The notes under the pieces are model-generated. The model saw nothing but the letters and a program-made list of their open reading frames with translations. It did no database searches and had not been told where the DNA came from. Positions 44,114 through 54,690 of a stretch of DNA of 64,000 bases are shown here, piece by piece. Source of the stretch: a virus; the IMG/VR virus record IMGVR_UViG_3300025096_002738, positions 1 through 64,000 of that record. The stretch is one strand, 5' to 3'. Every line of letters starts with the position of its first letter. Within the stretch, counting starts at the first letter, position 1. The position numbers and the translations under genes are program-made.

Positions 44114-46001
44114 AAAGCGACTATGCATACTTCAGGTGGCCCCGACCCACCCGGATCCGCTCCATGTTGAAATGTTTCGTGACAAAGAAGAATGCGATTT
44201 CTATTTTGTAACTCACGATAAAGAACATCCCGACGCCCTCCAGTTTTGTCCCAACACAACATGGACCGACACGAGGAACATTCTAGCCGCCAAGGTTCCC
44301 AAAGACTATGAGTATTATGCTTTCGTAGATTATGACTATATCTTTCGTCCCCAGCGAGATCTTGGGCCCCTAGAGCAGATTTTAGAGGATTTAGAAGAAT
44401 ACAATCCGGCGGTTCTTACATATTATCCGGGCACCGGACTGACTACTCCGTTCGCACAAAACACAGAGTATAGAGATAGCACGAGCGCCTCCGTGCTGCC
44501 ATTCAGTCACTGTGGAATGAAGGTGACCCATCACAGCTTGATGAGTTGGTTTTTCCCAATGGTTACTCGGTTCGGAGGAGGGGTTGAAGCATGTCACCTA
44601 TTCAATATTCTAGAAATTCCTTTCCTGAAACATGTCGTTTGCAGCCACAAGATGGTATATGACAACGGTTTTACCGATGAAGAAGCCCCACATAATCTAG
44701 ACGGAGCTTGGAATAAATACAGAATGGATGAGATGTGGAAATGGATAAGGCCTGCATTTAAAAAGGTCGCTGCCATTGACTCATATGCCCAGACTGAGGC
44801 AGCTAAACTGGATTCTCTACTGCCAAAGGCGGCATTTGTTAATCTGTTTCTTGCCAAAAACATAACCCCCAGTCATTCTGAGCCACGCGAAAGTTACTTG
44901 GATCTAGAACTTCTAAACAAGTTTTTTGATTTGTCGCATGAACGGTTCCTAAACATAGGGCTATCTTTAGAAAAAAGAGAAGAATCTCCCGAAGCACTAA
45001 AAACAGTACGAGAACATGTATCAAATATAACATTTAATGAGCTAAAAACAACTGAAGATCCCTGGCTAGCCATTTCACGGAACATTAATGAGCACATTGT
45101 GGGGGCCAGAAAGTTTACTGTAAATGAGATTGTAGAAGAATATCAACGTTCGGCGCCGCCCTCTTTGTTTAAAAACAGTTGCGCAGTTAATGAAGATATA
45201 TTACAATACTTAAAAGATAAAAGAGTGGCGATCGTCGGACCTGCGCCCTATCTGCGTAAATTGAACAAAGGTGGGGAAATCGACGGTTATGACGTAATTG
45301 TACGAATTCAACATGACATACCAAATACAGAAGATTATGGTTCACGAACGGATATAGTGCAGAGTTGTCTTAACTCAAATTACGGACCTCCGGTAACTGA
45401 ACACTTGCGTTCGTTGCCGCTCGACTGCCGCCCCAAGTTTGTTATATGTAATGACACTGCTAGCGAACAGAAGCCCGACGGGTCTTGGGCGTTTGTTGAC
45501 GAAGTGTACGAAGCAACCCTGGCCGACTTAGATGTACCTCTAGTTCACTTGAGAAACAAGGATGGCACCTGGGACCGATGGAACTTATATTGGGAAGTAT
45601 ACCCAAAAGAGCACATTGAGTATTTTGGATTAAACAAATACTCATATCATACCGCAAACTTTAATTCGGGTTATGGCGCCCTCAACTATTTATTGCGTTA
45701 TCCGATTAAGGAGCTTGGGGTATTTGGAATAGATTTTTATAACTGTGCCGTCCCGCAGTCCAACGAAGCGAAGTATAACGAAGAATACATTAAAACTTAT
45801 GGTAACGAAGGGCGCTCACTGGGTCCAAGCCTGCTTCTGCATGACCAGATGTCCCAAATGCTACACTGCAAAAACGTATTGCTACAGGACGAACGATTTA
45901 ACTTAGATCCGATAGTGAAAGAAAAACTTCTTTCTGATGAGGTAACTCAAAGATTGACCGCTTTTAAGTCGCTGCCAAAATTTAAACATGAGACAAGATA
46001 A
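44103..46001 (+). CDS. two-domain glycosyltransferase; C-terminal GT29 (sialyltransferase)-like domain
   Basis: N-terminal RN...YYAFVDYD (GT-A DxD); C-terminal KRVAIVGPAPYL...GGEIDGYDVIVRI (sialylmotif L-like), NSG...FGIDFY. Confidence 0.7.
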   Translation: MIHKKRLCILQVAPTHPDPLHVEMFRDKEECDFYFVTHDKEHPDALQFCPNTTWTDTRNILAAKVPKDYEYYAFVDYDYIFRPQRDLGPLEQILEDLEEYNPAVLTYYPGTGLTTPFAQNTEYRDSTSASVLPFSHCGMKVTHHSLMSWFFPMVTRFGGGVEACHLFNILEIPFLKHVVCSHKMVYDNGFTDEEAPHNLDGAWNKYRMDEMWKWIRPAFKKVAAIDSYAQTEAAKLDSLLPKAAFVNLFLAKNITPSHSEPRESYLDLELLNKFFDLSHERFLNIGLSLEKREESPEALKTVREHVSNITFNELKTTEDPWLAISRNINEHIVGARKFTVNEIVEEYQRSAPPSLFKNSCAVNEDILQYLKDKRVAIVGPAPYLRKLNKGGEIDGYDVIVRIQHDIPNTEDYGSRTDIVQSCLNSNYGPPVTEHLRSLPLDCRPKFVICNDTASEQKPDGSWAFVDEVYEATLADLDVPLVHLRNKDGTWDRWNLYWEVYPKEHIEYFGLNKYSYHTANFNSGYGALNYLLRYPIKELGVFGIDFYNCAVPQSNEAKYNEEYIKTYGNEGRSLGPSLLLHDQMSQMLHCKNVLLQDERFNLDPIVKEKLLSDEVTQRLTAFKSLPKFKHETR

Positions 46002-46432
46002 TGGGAATAAAAACACATTCTGACAGCGATTTAATAAGCGTATTGGAGAAGGACGGTGTTCCTTTTTCCGAACTTGATAAATATGAAAATTGTTCAACTG
46101 TGAATTTAAGAGACCTCCGCGAAGATCTAGGAATGGGCTCGTGGGCAGTGCGAATTGCATATAATGATCGCTTTGGAGGGGTTATAATCCAACAGCACCC
46201 TGGAGAAGGTAACCGAAAGCATTTTCACCCCGATGCTGATGAGAATTGGGTCATTCTAGATGGTGAATGGGAGTGGTGGATTGAGGGAACCGGTACGCAG
46301 ACTGTTCGTACAAACGACATCGTCGTCGTTCCGAAAGGTGTTTGGCACAAGATAACATGCGTAGGTAATTCACCGGGAGTACGGTATGCCGTTACTCAGC
46401 CGGATGTTGAACATGTTTATGAAGATGAGTGA
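46001..46432 (+). CDS. cupin domain protein
   Basis: HFHPDADENWVILDG...VPKGVWH. Confidence 0.85.
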   Translation: MGIKTHSDSDLISVLEKDGVPFSELDKYENCSTVNLRDLREDLGMGSWAVRIAYNDRFGGVIIQQHPGEGNRKHFHPDADENWVILDGEWEWWIEGTGTQTVRTNDIVVVPKGVWHKITCVGNSPGVRYAVTQPDVEHVYEDE

Positions 46433-47141
46433 TACGACATACAACTTTTGTGACAAAACAGTTTTAATATTTGGCGGCAGCCGCGGCATCGGAAGAGAAA
46501 TATCTCTTCAGTTTAGAACCTCCGGCGCCATTGTTTATTGTGCCTCTAGAACAGATCCCGCACTCCCTGGTATAAAGCACTTGCAATGCGACATGTCTCA
46601 TGAAAAGGAAATTCTACGTGTTTTCGAACAGTTAAAGAATGTCGACTTTGTGATAAATGTGGCTGCTACCAATCTATGTGAGCCAATCGATTCTATCGAC
46701 GTCCAGGAATGGGATAGGCTAATGGACATAAATCTAAGGTCTTTCTTTGTTAGCTGCAAGTCTGCCGTCAAGATGATGAAGAGGAACGGTGTCTCTGGGA
46801 GAATCGTTAACATCTCTTCTATTGCCGGCCGCCACAAGAGCGTTGTCAGCGGTGTACACTACACATCAAGCAAATATGGCATTATTGGACTCACTAAACA
46901 GCTATCTCATGAAGTAGCCAAGGACAATATATTAGTAAATTGTGTATGCCCAAGTCAAACAATGACTGAGATGTTGGCCGCATCCATGACACCTGAGCAG
47001 CTTGAAGAGTTGTCATCGAAGATACCTGTCCGCCGCATAGCTACGCCGAGAGAACAGGCTCAGCCAGTGCTATTCTTGTGTTCAAACGCTGCCTCATATA
47101 TCACTGGCACAACTTTAGACATAAACGGAGGACAGTTCTGA
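46425..47141 (+). CDS. SDR family oxidoreductase
   Basis: GGSRGIG, IVNISS, YTSSK, VNCVCP, SYITG..L.INGG. Confidence 0.93.
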   Translation: MSDTTYNFCDKTVLIFGGSRGIGREISLQFRTSGAIVYCASRTDPALPGIKHLQCDMSHEKEILRVFEQLKNVDFVINVAATNLCEPIDSIDVQEWDRLMDINLRSFFVSCKSAVKMMKRNGVSGRIVNISSIAGRHKSVVSGVHYTSSKYGIIGLTKQLSHEVAKDNILVNCVCPSQTMTEMLAASMTPEQLEELSSKIPVRRIATPREQAQPVLFLCSNAASYITGTTLDINGGQF

Positions 47142-47806
47142 TGGCAAGAGATACAGACATAAATGTTTTGATAGCAGTTCGTGGGGGCTCAAAAAGGGTC
47201 CCACGTAAGAATATACGCCCGTTTGCTGGCTCATCTATGCTACACCTCAAAGTCGAGCAGGCAATGCGCCTAGAGGGCATTAGCGACGTTGTAGTGACGT
47301 CTGATGACGATGAGATGCTTGAAATAGCCGCCCGCCTTGGCGCGACAACCATGAAGAGGGATCCTTATTATGCTAGTGATACGGTGCCGATGGGAGATGT
47401 CTATGTTCATCTAGCCTCAAGCTTGGATTGTAAAGATATTCTATGGACCCCAGTAACAAGCCCGCTAGTGCGAGACGAAACAGTACAAGAGTGTATTGAT
47501 ATATATCGGAATTTACCAGAGTATGACTCAGTGGTGACCACCAATATCATTAAGGAATACATGTGGTACAATAACGAGGCAATCAACTACGATCCCGAGA
47601 ACCATCCCCGTTCACAGGATCTTCCAGATATCTATGCATTAAATTTCGCTGTCAATATCTTGCCAAGAGAACTGATGATTAAAAATAGGAATATTCTTGG
47701 AGACGACTTTTATGCGCACATGCTGGATGAAGTTGAAGCATTGGACGTAGACACAGAATATGAGTTTATGTTGGCAGAAATTTTGTACGAGAAAATAAGA
47801 GAATAA
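47141..47806 (+). CDS. acylneuraminate (CMP-ulosonate) cytidylyltransferase, NeuA-like
   Basis: IAVRGGSKRVPRKNIRPF, VTSDD, TSPL, PRSQDL, DVDTEYEF. Confidence 0.9.
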   Translation: MARDTDINVLIAVRGGSKRVPRKNIRPFAGSSMLHLKVEQAMRLEGISDVVVTSDDDEMLEIAARLGATTMKRDPYYASDTVPMGDVYVHLASSLDCKDILWTPVTSPLVRDETVQECIDIYRNLPEYDSVVTTNIIKEYMWYNNEAINYDPENHPRSQDLPDIYALNFAVNILPRELMIKNRNILGDDFYAHMLDEVEALDVDTEYEFMLAEILYEKIRE

Positions 47807-47807
47807 T

Positions 47808-48737
47808 ATGAAAAACATAAAAGTGTTTATCGTCACTTACAGGCGTACCGATATTCTAAACAAGACTCTTAACACATTGTTTAATGAGACGGATTTTGCT
47901 TCTATTCCCAATACTGAGGTCAATATAATTAATAATCATTCTGAGTTTCATTTGAATGAAGAGTTTGTTGACAAGGTGAATGTTCTTCACAATACCACGC
48001 GCCCGGATTGGGATACTGGCAATCTTGCACGCAATTGGAACGAAGCGCTCCTTCACGGATTTAAAGACCTAAACAACCCAGATGCCAAGATTGTCGTTAC
48101 AATGCAGAATGATATTGTACTACATCCTGCTTGGGCTACAAATCTCCTAAAAATGCACCAAAAGTATACGTTCGTTACTGGCCAGCTTGGAGACAACATT
48201 GTCAGTTATCGTCCCGAAGCAGTAAAGAAAATTGGAATGTGGGACGAGCGTTTTATAACGCCGGCAAATAAAGAAGCTGATTATTATATTAGAGCATTGA
48301 TTTATAATAAAGAAAAATCCTTAATAAATGATAGAGTCCATGGTAGACTATTGAATGAACATGATGCACTGGAGCTTGACACTTCAGAATATCAAGGCGG
48401 AGAGCCTACATGGCGCGAGATTAAGTCCAATGACAACAGCAAAGAAGGGTGGTTTCACACATCCCAGATTTTCTATTGGAAATGGAAAGATACGTGGAAG
48501 ACGCAACCAAGTTATTATGGATGGCTGACGCAATGGCCCAAAGACTTTATCGATAATCCCCCTACATCCCCTAAGATTCCAAATTTCGTGCAATACTATT
48601 ACTTTGAAAAAGATATTGAGCTAAAAGACAAAAACTATATTGGATGGCGTCAAGGTGATTATTGGTTAGATGCCAATAAGTGTTGCGATATAGATGTTCA
48701 TCCATTTAAAGACGGCGAGAAATTTAGAAATGATTAA
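47808..48737 (+). CDS. glycosyltransferase family 2-like
   Basis: FIVTY.R, INNH, LARNWN, QND, IGMWDERF, EADY. Confidence 0.75.
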   Translation: MKNIKVFIVTYRRTDILNKTLNTLFNETDFASIPNTEVNIINNHSEFHLNEEFVDKVNVLHNTTRPDWDTGNLARNWNEALLHGFKDLNNPDAKIVVTMQNDIVLHPAWATNLLKMHQKYTFVTGQLGDNIVSYRPEAVKKIGMWDERFITPANKEADYYIRALIYNKEKSLINDRVHGRLLNEHDALELDTSEYQGGEPTWREIKSNDNSKEGWFHTSQIFYWKWKDTWKTQPSYYGWLTQWPKDFIDNPPTSPKIPNFVQYYYFEKDIELKDKNYIGWRQGDYWLDANKCCDIDVHPFKDGEKFRND

Positions 48738-50100
48738 ATTGGTAGTTTTTGATTTGGACGGAGTGCTAGTTGATGCACGAGAATTGCACTATGAAGCACT
48801 TAATGAGGCCCTAGCTGACGTTGGTGAAGAATACGTAATTAATCGTGCTGAGCATCTTTCCACTTATGATGGGCTTTCGACATCTAAAAAGCTGTCTATG
48901 TTGACAAAAAACAAAGGATTGCCCGAAGAGTTACACAATGCTGTTTGGAAACTAAAGCAGAGAAAGACCATAGAAATCATCGATGCCTTTACTCCAGACG
49001 AAAGAATGATTCGTATACTTAAGCGCCTCAAGAATGATGGCTATACTCTGGCATGCGCAACTAACTCTATCAGAGAGACAGCAAAGTTACAGCTTATCCG
49101 CCGCGGCTTTTTTGAGCACCTGGATTTTCTGTACTCTAACCAAGATGTAGAAAAGCCTAAGCCAAGTGCTGAAATATACATGCGTAGCATGTTACGTGCC
49201 GGCGCCGATCCAGATGAGACGGTTATTGTTGAGGACTCCCATCATGGAAGAAAAGCCGCTTTATGCAGCGGCGCCCATCTTTGTGCTGTTAAGAACAGTG
49301 AAGATGTAACTTATGACAAGATTAGAGAGGTAATAGATGCTGCAAGCGGAAAAGACAAAACAAGACCTAAATGGCAAGGAGGAAAGATGAATGTTTTAAT
49401 TCCAATGGCGGGTGCCGGTTCGAGATTTCAGAAGGCAGGATATACTTTTCCTAAGCCCCTGATCGAAGTTAACGGTAAGCCGATGATTCAAGTAGTAGTG
49501 GAGAATCTCAATATTGATGCTCGACATATATTTGTTGTACAGAAGGAGCATTATGAAAGTTACAACCTCAAGCATTTGCTAAATTTGATTTCCCCAGGTT
49601 GTGAGATTGTTCAGGTTGACGGCATGACCGAAGGGGCGGCTTGTACTACTCTATTGGCCAAGGAGTTTATTAACAATGATGAGCCACTGCTGTATGCCAA
49701 CTCAGATCAATTTCTTGATTGGGACAGTAACGAGTTCATGTATTCTATGGAGGCCGACGAGGTTGACGGTGGCATGCTAACTTTTACAGCAACTCACCCA
49801 AAATGGAGTTTTGCCAAGTTAGGCGAAAAGGGATTCATTACTGAAGTAGCCGAAAAGAAGCCAATTAGTGACATAGCAACCACTGGGATATATTATTGGC
49901 GCCATGGTTCTGATTATGTCAAGTACGCCGAAGAGATGATACAGAAGGACATACGGGTGAATAATGAATTTTATGTCTGCCCTGTCTTCAATCAAGCGAT
50001 TGCTGATGGTAAGCGCATCAAGACATTTCATTTTGATGGCATGTGGGGAATAGGTACCCCGGAAGATTTGGATTACTTTAATAAGTTTCACGGAAAATAA
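48730..50100 (+). CDS. HAD phosphatase / sugar-nucleotidyltransferase fusion
   Basis: FDLDGVLVD, KPKP, VEDS..G; then IPMAGAGSRF...PKPLI, NSDQ, EKKPIS, GTPEDL. Confidence 0.93.
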   Translation: MIKLVVFDLDGVLVDARELHYEALNEALADVGEEYVINRAEHLSTYDGLSTSKKLSMLTKNKGLPEELHNAVWKLKQRKTIEIIDAFTPDERMIRILKRLKNDGYTLACATNSIRETAKLQLIRRGFFEHLDFLYSNQDVEKPKPSAEIYMRSMLRAGADPDETVIVEDSHHGRKAALCSGAHLCAVKNSEDVTYDKIREVIDAASGKDKTRPKWQGGKMNVLIPMAGAGSRFQKAGYTFPKPLIEVNGKPMIQVVVENLNIDARHIFVVQKEHYESYNLKHLLNLISPGCEIVQVDGMTEGAACTTLLAKEFINNDEPLLYANSDQFLDWDSNEFMYSMEADEVDGGMLTFTATHPKWSFAKLGEKGFITEVAEKKPISDIATTGIYYWRHGSDYVKYAEEMIQKDIRVNNEFYVCPVFNQAIADGKRIKTFHFDGMWGIGTPEDLDYFNKFHGK

Positions 50101-50796
50101 ATGGATCTTAAAGAAATAGAAATTGTCGATACAACCCAGGGGTTATATGATTGCTTCAATGGCTTCATACTTAGCCCAGACACAAAAGTGTTTGGCAAGC
50201 TGCTAGCTAGAACCCTTTTATTTAGTCAAGTAAAAGACCTCCCTGGGGACATTGTTGAATGCGGCGTCTTTAAAGGCACAGGATTGCTTACTTTCCTCAA
50301 ACTTAAGCGTTTTTTGTGCCCGAATACTGGAAAGAAGATCGTAGGCTTTGACTTCTTTAACTCAGAAAAGCTTGTTGAAAGCCTTTCGGGTATCGATAAA
50401 GAGGCTATGAACACCCTATTTTGCCAGAGAAACTATAAGCATGAGTCCAATCAGGCACAGCTAATGGATGATTTTATCGCACAATGCGGCTTTGCAGAGC
50501 ATGAATACGAGTTGGTAGCCGGCGACATTACCGAAACTGCCTCTAAATACGTATCAGAGCGCCCCGGCTTTAGGATTTCGCTGCTGTATATCGATTTAGA
50601 TGTTGATATACCAACATATGAAGCACTAAACGCCATGTGGGATCGAGTAGTCAAAGGCGGAATTGTAGTGTTTGATGAATATGCGTTTCACAAGTGGTCG
50701 GAAGCTGCTGGCGTTGATCGGTTTTTTGCAGACAAAGATGTGGAAATAAAAACCCTTAACTACATCTGTCCCTCGGCATATGTGGTGAAGAAGTGA
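50101..50796 (+). CDS. TylF/MycF-family methyltransferase
   Basis: PGDIVECGVFKG, GFDFF, GDI..T, LLYIDLD, GGIVVFDEY. Confidence 0.9.
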   Translation: MDLKEIEIVDTTQGLYDCFNGFILSPDTKVFGKLLARTLLFSQVKDLPGDIVECGVFKGTGLLTFLKLKRFLCPNTGKKIVGFDFFNSEKLVESLSGIDKEAMNTLFCQRNYKHESNQAQLMDDFIAQCGFAEHEYELVAGDITETASKYVSERPGFRISLLYIDLDVDIPTYEALNAMWDRVVKGGIVVFDEYAFHKWSEAAGVDRFFADKDVEIKTLNYICPSAYVVKK

Positions 50797-51242
50797 TTTT
50801 AATAGCTCATCGCGGTAATATCGATGGACCCAATCCAGAAATGGAAAATAGTTTACAATATATTGACAAAGCCATCGATAGCGGTTATAATGTAGAAATA
50901 GATATATGGGGCTCCTTAGTCGAAGGGCTATATCTTGGCCACGATGAGCCCCAATATGAAGTTTCACCTGATTGGATTTTTGAGAGAACAGAATATTTAT
51001 GGTTTCATGCTAAAGACATCCCCGCACTATACACTTTCACGCAACAAGTCCGTGGATGTAATGCGTTTTGGCATGAAGAAGACAAGCACACTCTGACGAG
51101 CGCAGGCTTCATCTGGGCTTACCCCGGAAGTATATTAACCCCTCGCTCTATTTGTGTAATGCCGGAACGCGTCCAATACTCGGAGACGGATTTGGCTGAT
51201 TGTTTAGGCATCTGTTCAGATTATGTGAGTAAATATAGATGA
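50793..51242 (+). CDS. GDPD-like (PLC-like phosphodiesterase) protein
   Basis: LIAHRGN...EN...VEIDIW...LGHD...HAK...GICSD. Confidence 0.85.
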   Translation: MILIAHRGNIDGPNPEMENSLQYIDKAIDSGYNVEIDIWGSLVEGLYLGHDEPQYEVSPDWIFERTEYLWFHAKDIPALYTFTQQVRGCNAFWHEEDKHTLTSAGFIWAYPGSILTPRSICVMPERVQYSETDLADCLGICSDYVSKYR

Positions 51243-51916
51243 AATTAGCATGGCAACAAATACCGTCTCCCGTTGTTTCTGATCTATTATGCTTGAATAA
51301 GCTAGATGGAGTGGTTATTGATACCGAACACGCAGCTTATAACAATGAAACACTATACAACTGTATTCAAGTTATCACATCACAGGATAAAACATGTTTT
51401 GTGCGCTTAACGGAGCCGAACAAGACTATGGTGAGAATGTGTCTAGACGCCGGCGCCGATGGGATCATCTTCTCAACAATCGAAACATCAGAACAATGCC
51501 GGCAAATCGCTGAGATATGCAAGTTTCCACGCTATGGCGGTAAGCGAGGGCTAGGACTCGTGCGCCAAAATCGTTGGGGTAACTCAGCCTTGATCAGCCG
51601 ACCTCCGCAGATTGTGGTACAGGTAGAGACGAAAGAAGGTATCCAGAATATAGAAGAGATCTACTCCTTTGATTTTGATTTTTACATGATCGGTCCCTTC
51701 GATTTGTCAGCTAGCATGGGAGACCCTGGCAATTTTGATAATGAGAAGTACTTGAAGGCGCTGTCTTCAGTCAAGAAGGTGGTTCCAAATAACAAGATGG
51801 CTGTCCATGTTCCGACCGATGTAAAGAATCAGATTAAAAAATATGAAAACTATGGTATGATAGCAGTAGGAATGGATACAACCGGATTATTGGAATTCTA
51901 TAAGGAGATAATATGA
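51239..51916 (+). CDS. HpcH/HpaI-family class II aldolase
   Basis: VIDTEH, VR, LDAGADG, FP..G.RG, QVET..G..NIEEI, IGPFDLS. Confidence 0.9.
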   Translation: MKLAWQQIPSPVVSDLLCLNKLDGVVIDTEHAAYNNETLYNCIQVITSQDKTCFVRLTEPNKTMVRMCLDAGADGIIFSTIETSEQCRQIAEICKFPRYGGKRGLGLVRQNRWGNSALISRPPQIVVQVETKEGIQNIEEIYSFDFDFYMIGPFDLSASMGDPGNFDNEKYLKALSSVKKVVPNNKMAVHVPTDVKNQIKKYENYGMIAVGMDTTGLLEFYKEII

Positions 51917-52875
51917 AAGTAATTGTAACTACTTACCCATATAATTCTGAAAATATAGAAGTGAAGGCCGCCCTAGATGAACTTCGCAGCACCTACGGCA
52001 TCGAAATCAAATTTAATCACTGCCGACGGAAGTATACTAAGCAAGAGCACTTGGAAATTCTCCAAGACGAAAAGCCTGACATTATAATCGCGGGTACTGA
52101 GTCATACGATGCAGAGCAACTTGACGTATGCGATAATCTCAAAATGATTTCACGCGTTGGAATTGGATTAGATTCAGTTAATTTGGAAGAATGTAAGAAG
52201 CGCGGTATCGTGGTGACCAACACTCCTGACGCTCCAACTAATGCAGTGGCGGAGTTGACGCTGTCTCAGATCCTCTCTCTTCTACGTCTCAATCATACAG
52301 TAGACGCAGAGTTAAGGGCCGGAAACTGGACACGTTTTATTGGCCGTGAAATAGGCAATTGCTGCGTCGGTGTTGTCGGCAACGGGAGGATAGGTTCCTC
52401 GGTTATTGAGAAGATACAGGCGTTCTCTCCGCGAGAGATAATGTACGTTGACACCGACACAACCAAACAAACCCATCCTGCTCATACATGGTCTACCAAA
52501 CAACAGATCCTACAGCGCTGTGATATCATCACTCTCCATATCCCTTTGAATAAAGATAATAAGAATTACATAGGGCAACGAGAACTATCGTTGTTGAAAG
52601 AAGATGTTGTATTAATTAACACGTCACGCGGCTCAATCATCGATGAGGAAGAGCTATATTGGTTCCTAAAGAATAACCCACTCGCTAGCGCCGCTATTGA
52701 TGTGTTTGAGAAAGAGCCATACGAGGGTAAACTGCTGGAACTCTCTAATATTCTTCTGTCCCCTCATCTTGGTTCCTGTACTCAAAATAGCCGCCTGTTA
52801 ATGGAAAGCCGATCTGCATTGGCGGTTTTGAACTATCTCCAAGGCGCCTCTCTTTTGAGTGAGGTGGTAGCATGA
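51913..52875 (+). CDS. D-2-hydroxyacid (phosphoglycerate-type) dehydrogenase
   Basis: SRVGIGLD, AVAE, GNGRIG, INTSRG, DVFEKEP, SPHLGS. Confidence 0.93.
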   Translation: MKVIVTTYPYNSENIEVKAALDELRSTYGIEIKFNHCRRKYTKQEHLEILQDEKPDIIIAGTESYDAEQLDVCDNLKMISRVGIGLDSVNLEECKKRGIVVTNTPDAPTNAVAELTLSQILSLLRLNHTVDAELRAGNWTRFIGREIGNCCVGVVGNGRIGSSVIEKIQAFSPREIMYVDTDTTKQTHPAHTWSTKQQILQRCDIITLHIPLNKDNKNYIGQRELSLLKEDVVLINTSRGSIIDEEELYWFLKNNPLASAAIDVFEKEPYEGKLLELSNILLSPHLGSCTQNSRLLMESRSALAVLNYLQGASLLSEVVA

Positions 52876-53756
52876 AAAGAGTAGTGGTATTTGGCGGCGC
52901 CGGCTTTATTGGCTCCTATATGGTCGATCACCTGCTGAGTCATGGCTGTGAAGTTACATCATTCGATTTACGCCCCCACCCGAGTTTGTCGGATAAATAT
53001 AATATCGTGGGCGATGTATTGGATGCGGAACTGGTTTCGTCTGCTGTAGAAGGCGCCGATATAGTCTTCAACTACGCCGCCATCGCTGATATCGAAGAAT
53101 GCAACGAAAATCCATTTCGGGCCGTCCAAATAAATATTTTGGGGAATACAACCGTTCTTGATGCATGTGTATCTCATGGAGTCCGTCGATATATGTTTGC
53201 AAGCTCGGTGTATACTGAGTCATCGCTTGGAGGAGTCTATAGCACCAGCAAGCGTGCCTGTGAATCGCTGATCAAAGATTACAGCAAGTACCATGGGCTT
53301 GATTACACAATACTCCGCTATGGTACTGTATATGGCCCCGGCAGCGATGAAAACAACAGCGTTTATCGATTTGTCAATGAAGCTCTTGCTGACAAGAAAA
53401 TCAGATACCAAGGCACAGGTGAAGAGCGCCGCGAGTATATTCACGCATTAGACGCCGCAGCCTTATCTTTTTCTGCGCTTGAAAAGAGGTATTTAAATAC
53501 CACTACCACACTTACTGGACATAAATCCTTAAAAGTTAAGGATTTGTTTGCTATAATAAAAGAAATACTAAATGATGAAGAGATAGAGTTTGAGTTTGTT
53601 TCGGAACGAAACAAGAAGTTACTTAAGTCTCACTATAAAACAACCCCCTATTCATATAGCCGCGACCTGCCGACGAAATTAGTTGGCACCCAATACATCG
53701 ACATCGGCGCCGGACTATTACAGTGTATACGAGAGCAAGATGAACAAAATAGATGA
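52872..53756 (+). CDS. NAD-dependent epimerase/dehydratase
   Basis: GGAGFIG, FASS, YSTSK, LRYGTVYG, REYIH. Confidence 0.92.
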   Translation: MKRVVVFGGAGFIGSYMVDHLLSHGCEVTSFDLRPHPSLSDKYNIVGDVLDAELVSSAVEGADIVFNYAAIADIEECNENPFRAVQINILGNTTVLDACVSHGVRRYMFASSVYTESSLGGVYSTSKRACESLIKDYSKYHGLDYTILRYGTVYGPGSDENNSVYRFVNEALADKKIRYQGTGEERREYIHALDAAALSFSALEKRYLNTTTTLTGHKSLKVKDLFAIIKEILNDEEIEFEFVSERNKKLLKSHYKTTPYSYSRDLPTKLVGTQYIDIGAGLLQCIREQDEQNR

Positions 53757-54690
53757 CATATTAAAGCACACCGCTGTTCAATATGCCAAGGTTGTCAAGC
53801 AATCAGCTTGGCGCGATCTTGAGGTAGCCTTTCGGGAAAACAAAGTTGTACTCATTTGTACGCATGGCGGCAATATTGCTGTCGCTCGTCATGTGGCGTC
53901 TGATCTGTCGCGACATTTGAATTGGCAAAAGAACATTGAAGTACCTGATAGCGATACGGTAGCCATCTGGCACGGCGATTTTAATTATGAAACATGGCTT
54001 GTAGACTGGATTAGAACAAAGACCAGTGGCCACAGGGTTTCAGATGTTCTGGTGATAGGAGTGTCGTCTTCCGGTGCCTCTCCTGACGTGGACTATGCCG
54101 TTGAATATGCGCTAGGTTGCGGATTCAGAACGGCATACATCTCAGCACAGCCCGTGCGCACCCCAGGCAACACAATCAATATTACGACCGGCGTGAGGCA
54201 TTACTATGCTTCAGAGGTTATGTTAATGTCGCTTGGTCAGCGCCTCTTAAATAGTTGTGGCAAAGGCGTTCAGCCGCTTAAAACCCTTTCTCCTGGCGCT
54301 CCCATCACGATTCGGGATAACAGTGACCCGGATGAGTTGGTGAACATCGGCATTGACTTTGATGGCGTCATGCATCTCAACTCTAAGGGCTTCTATGATG
54401 GTACTATATACGACATTCCCGTTCCAGGTACCAGAGACGCGCTAAAAGCGCTTTCTGAGAAGTATAATATCATTATTTATACCTGTAAGGCTAAGCCTGA
54501 CCGCGAGCTTGTCCATGGCCAAACTGGCACCGAGCTAGTCTGGCGTTGGCTAGAAGAACACAATATGGCACAATACGTTTCAGGGGTTACTTCCGATAAG
54601 CCCCGCGCAGTGTTTTATATTGACGATAAGGCAATCCGCTTTGACAATTGGGAAAAAACCTTTAATGAGATAGGTGAATATTATGGCTAA
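53740..54690 (+). CDS. SIS (GmhA-like sugar isomerase) plus HAD phosphatase fusion
   Basis: HGGNIAVA.H...GVSSSGAS (SIS); IGIDFDGV...KP...YIDDKA (HAD). Confidence 0.78.
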   Translation: MNKIDDILKHTAVQYAKVVKQSAWRDLEVAFRENKVVLICTHGGNIAVARHVASDLSRHLNWQKNIEVPDSDTVAIWHGDFNYETWLVDWIRTKTSGHRVSDVLVIGVSSSGASPDVDYAVEYALGCGFRTAYISAQPVRTPGNTINITTGVRHYYASEVMLMSLGQRLLNSCGKGVQPLKTLSPGAPITIRDNSDPDELVNIGIDFDGVMHLNSKGFYDGTIYDIPVPGTRDALKALSEKYNIIIYTCKAKPDRELVHGQTGTELVWRWLEEHNMAQYVSGVTSDKPRAVFYIDDKAIRFDNWEKTFNEIGEYYG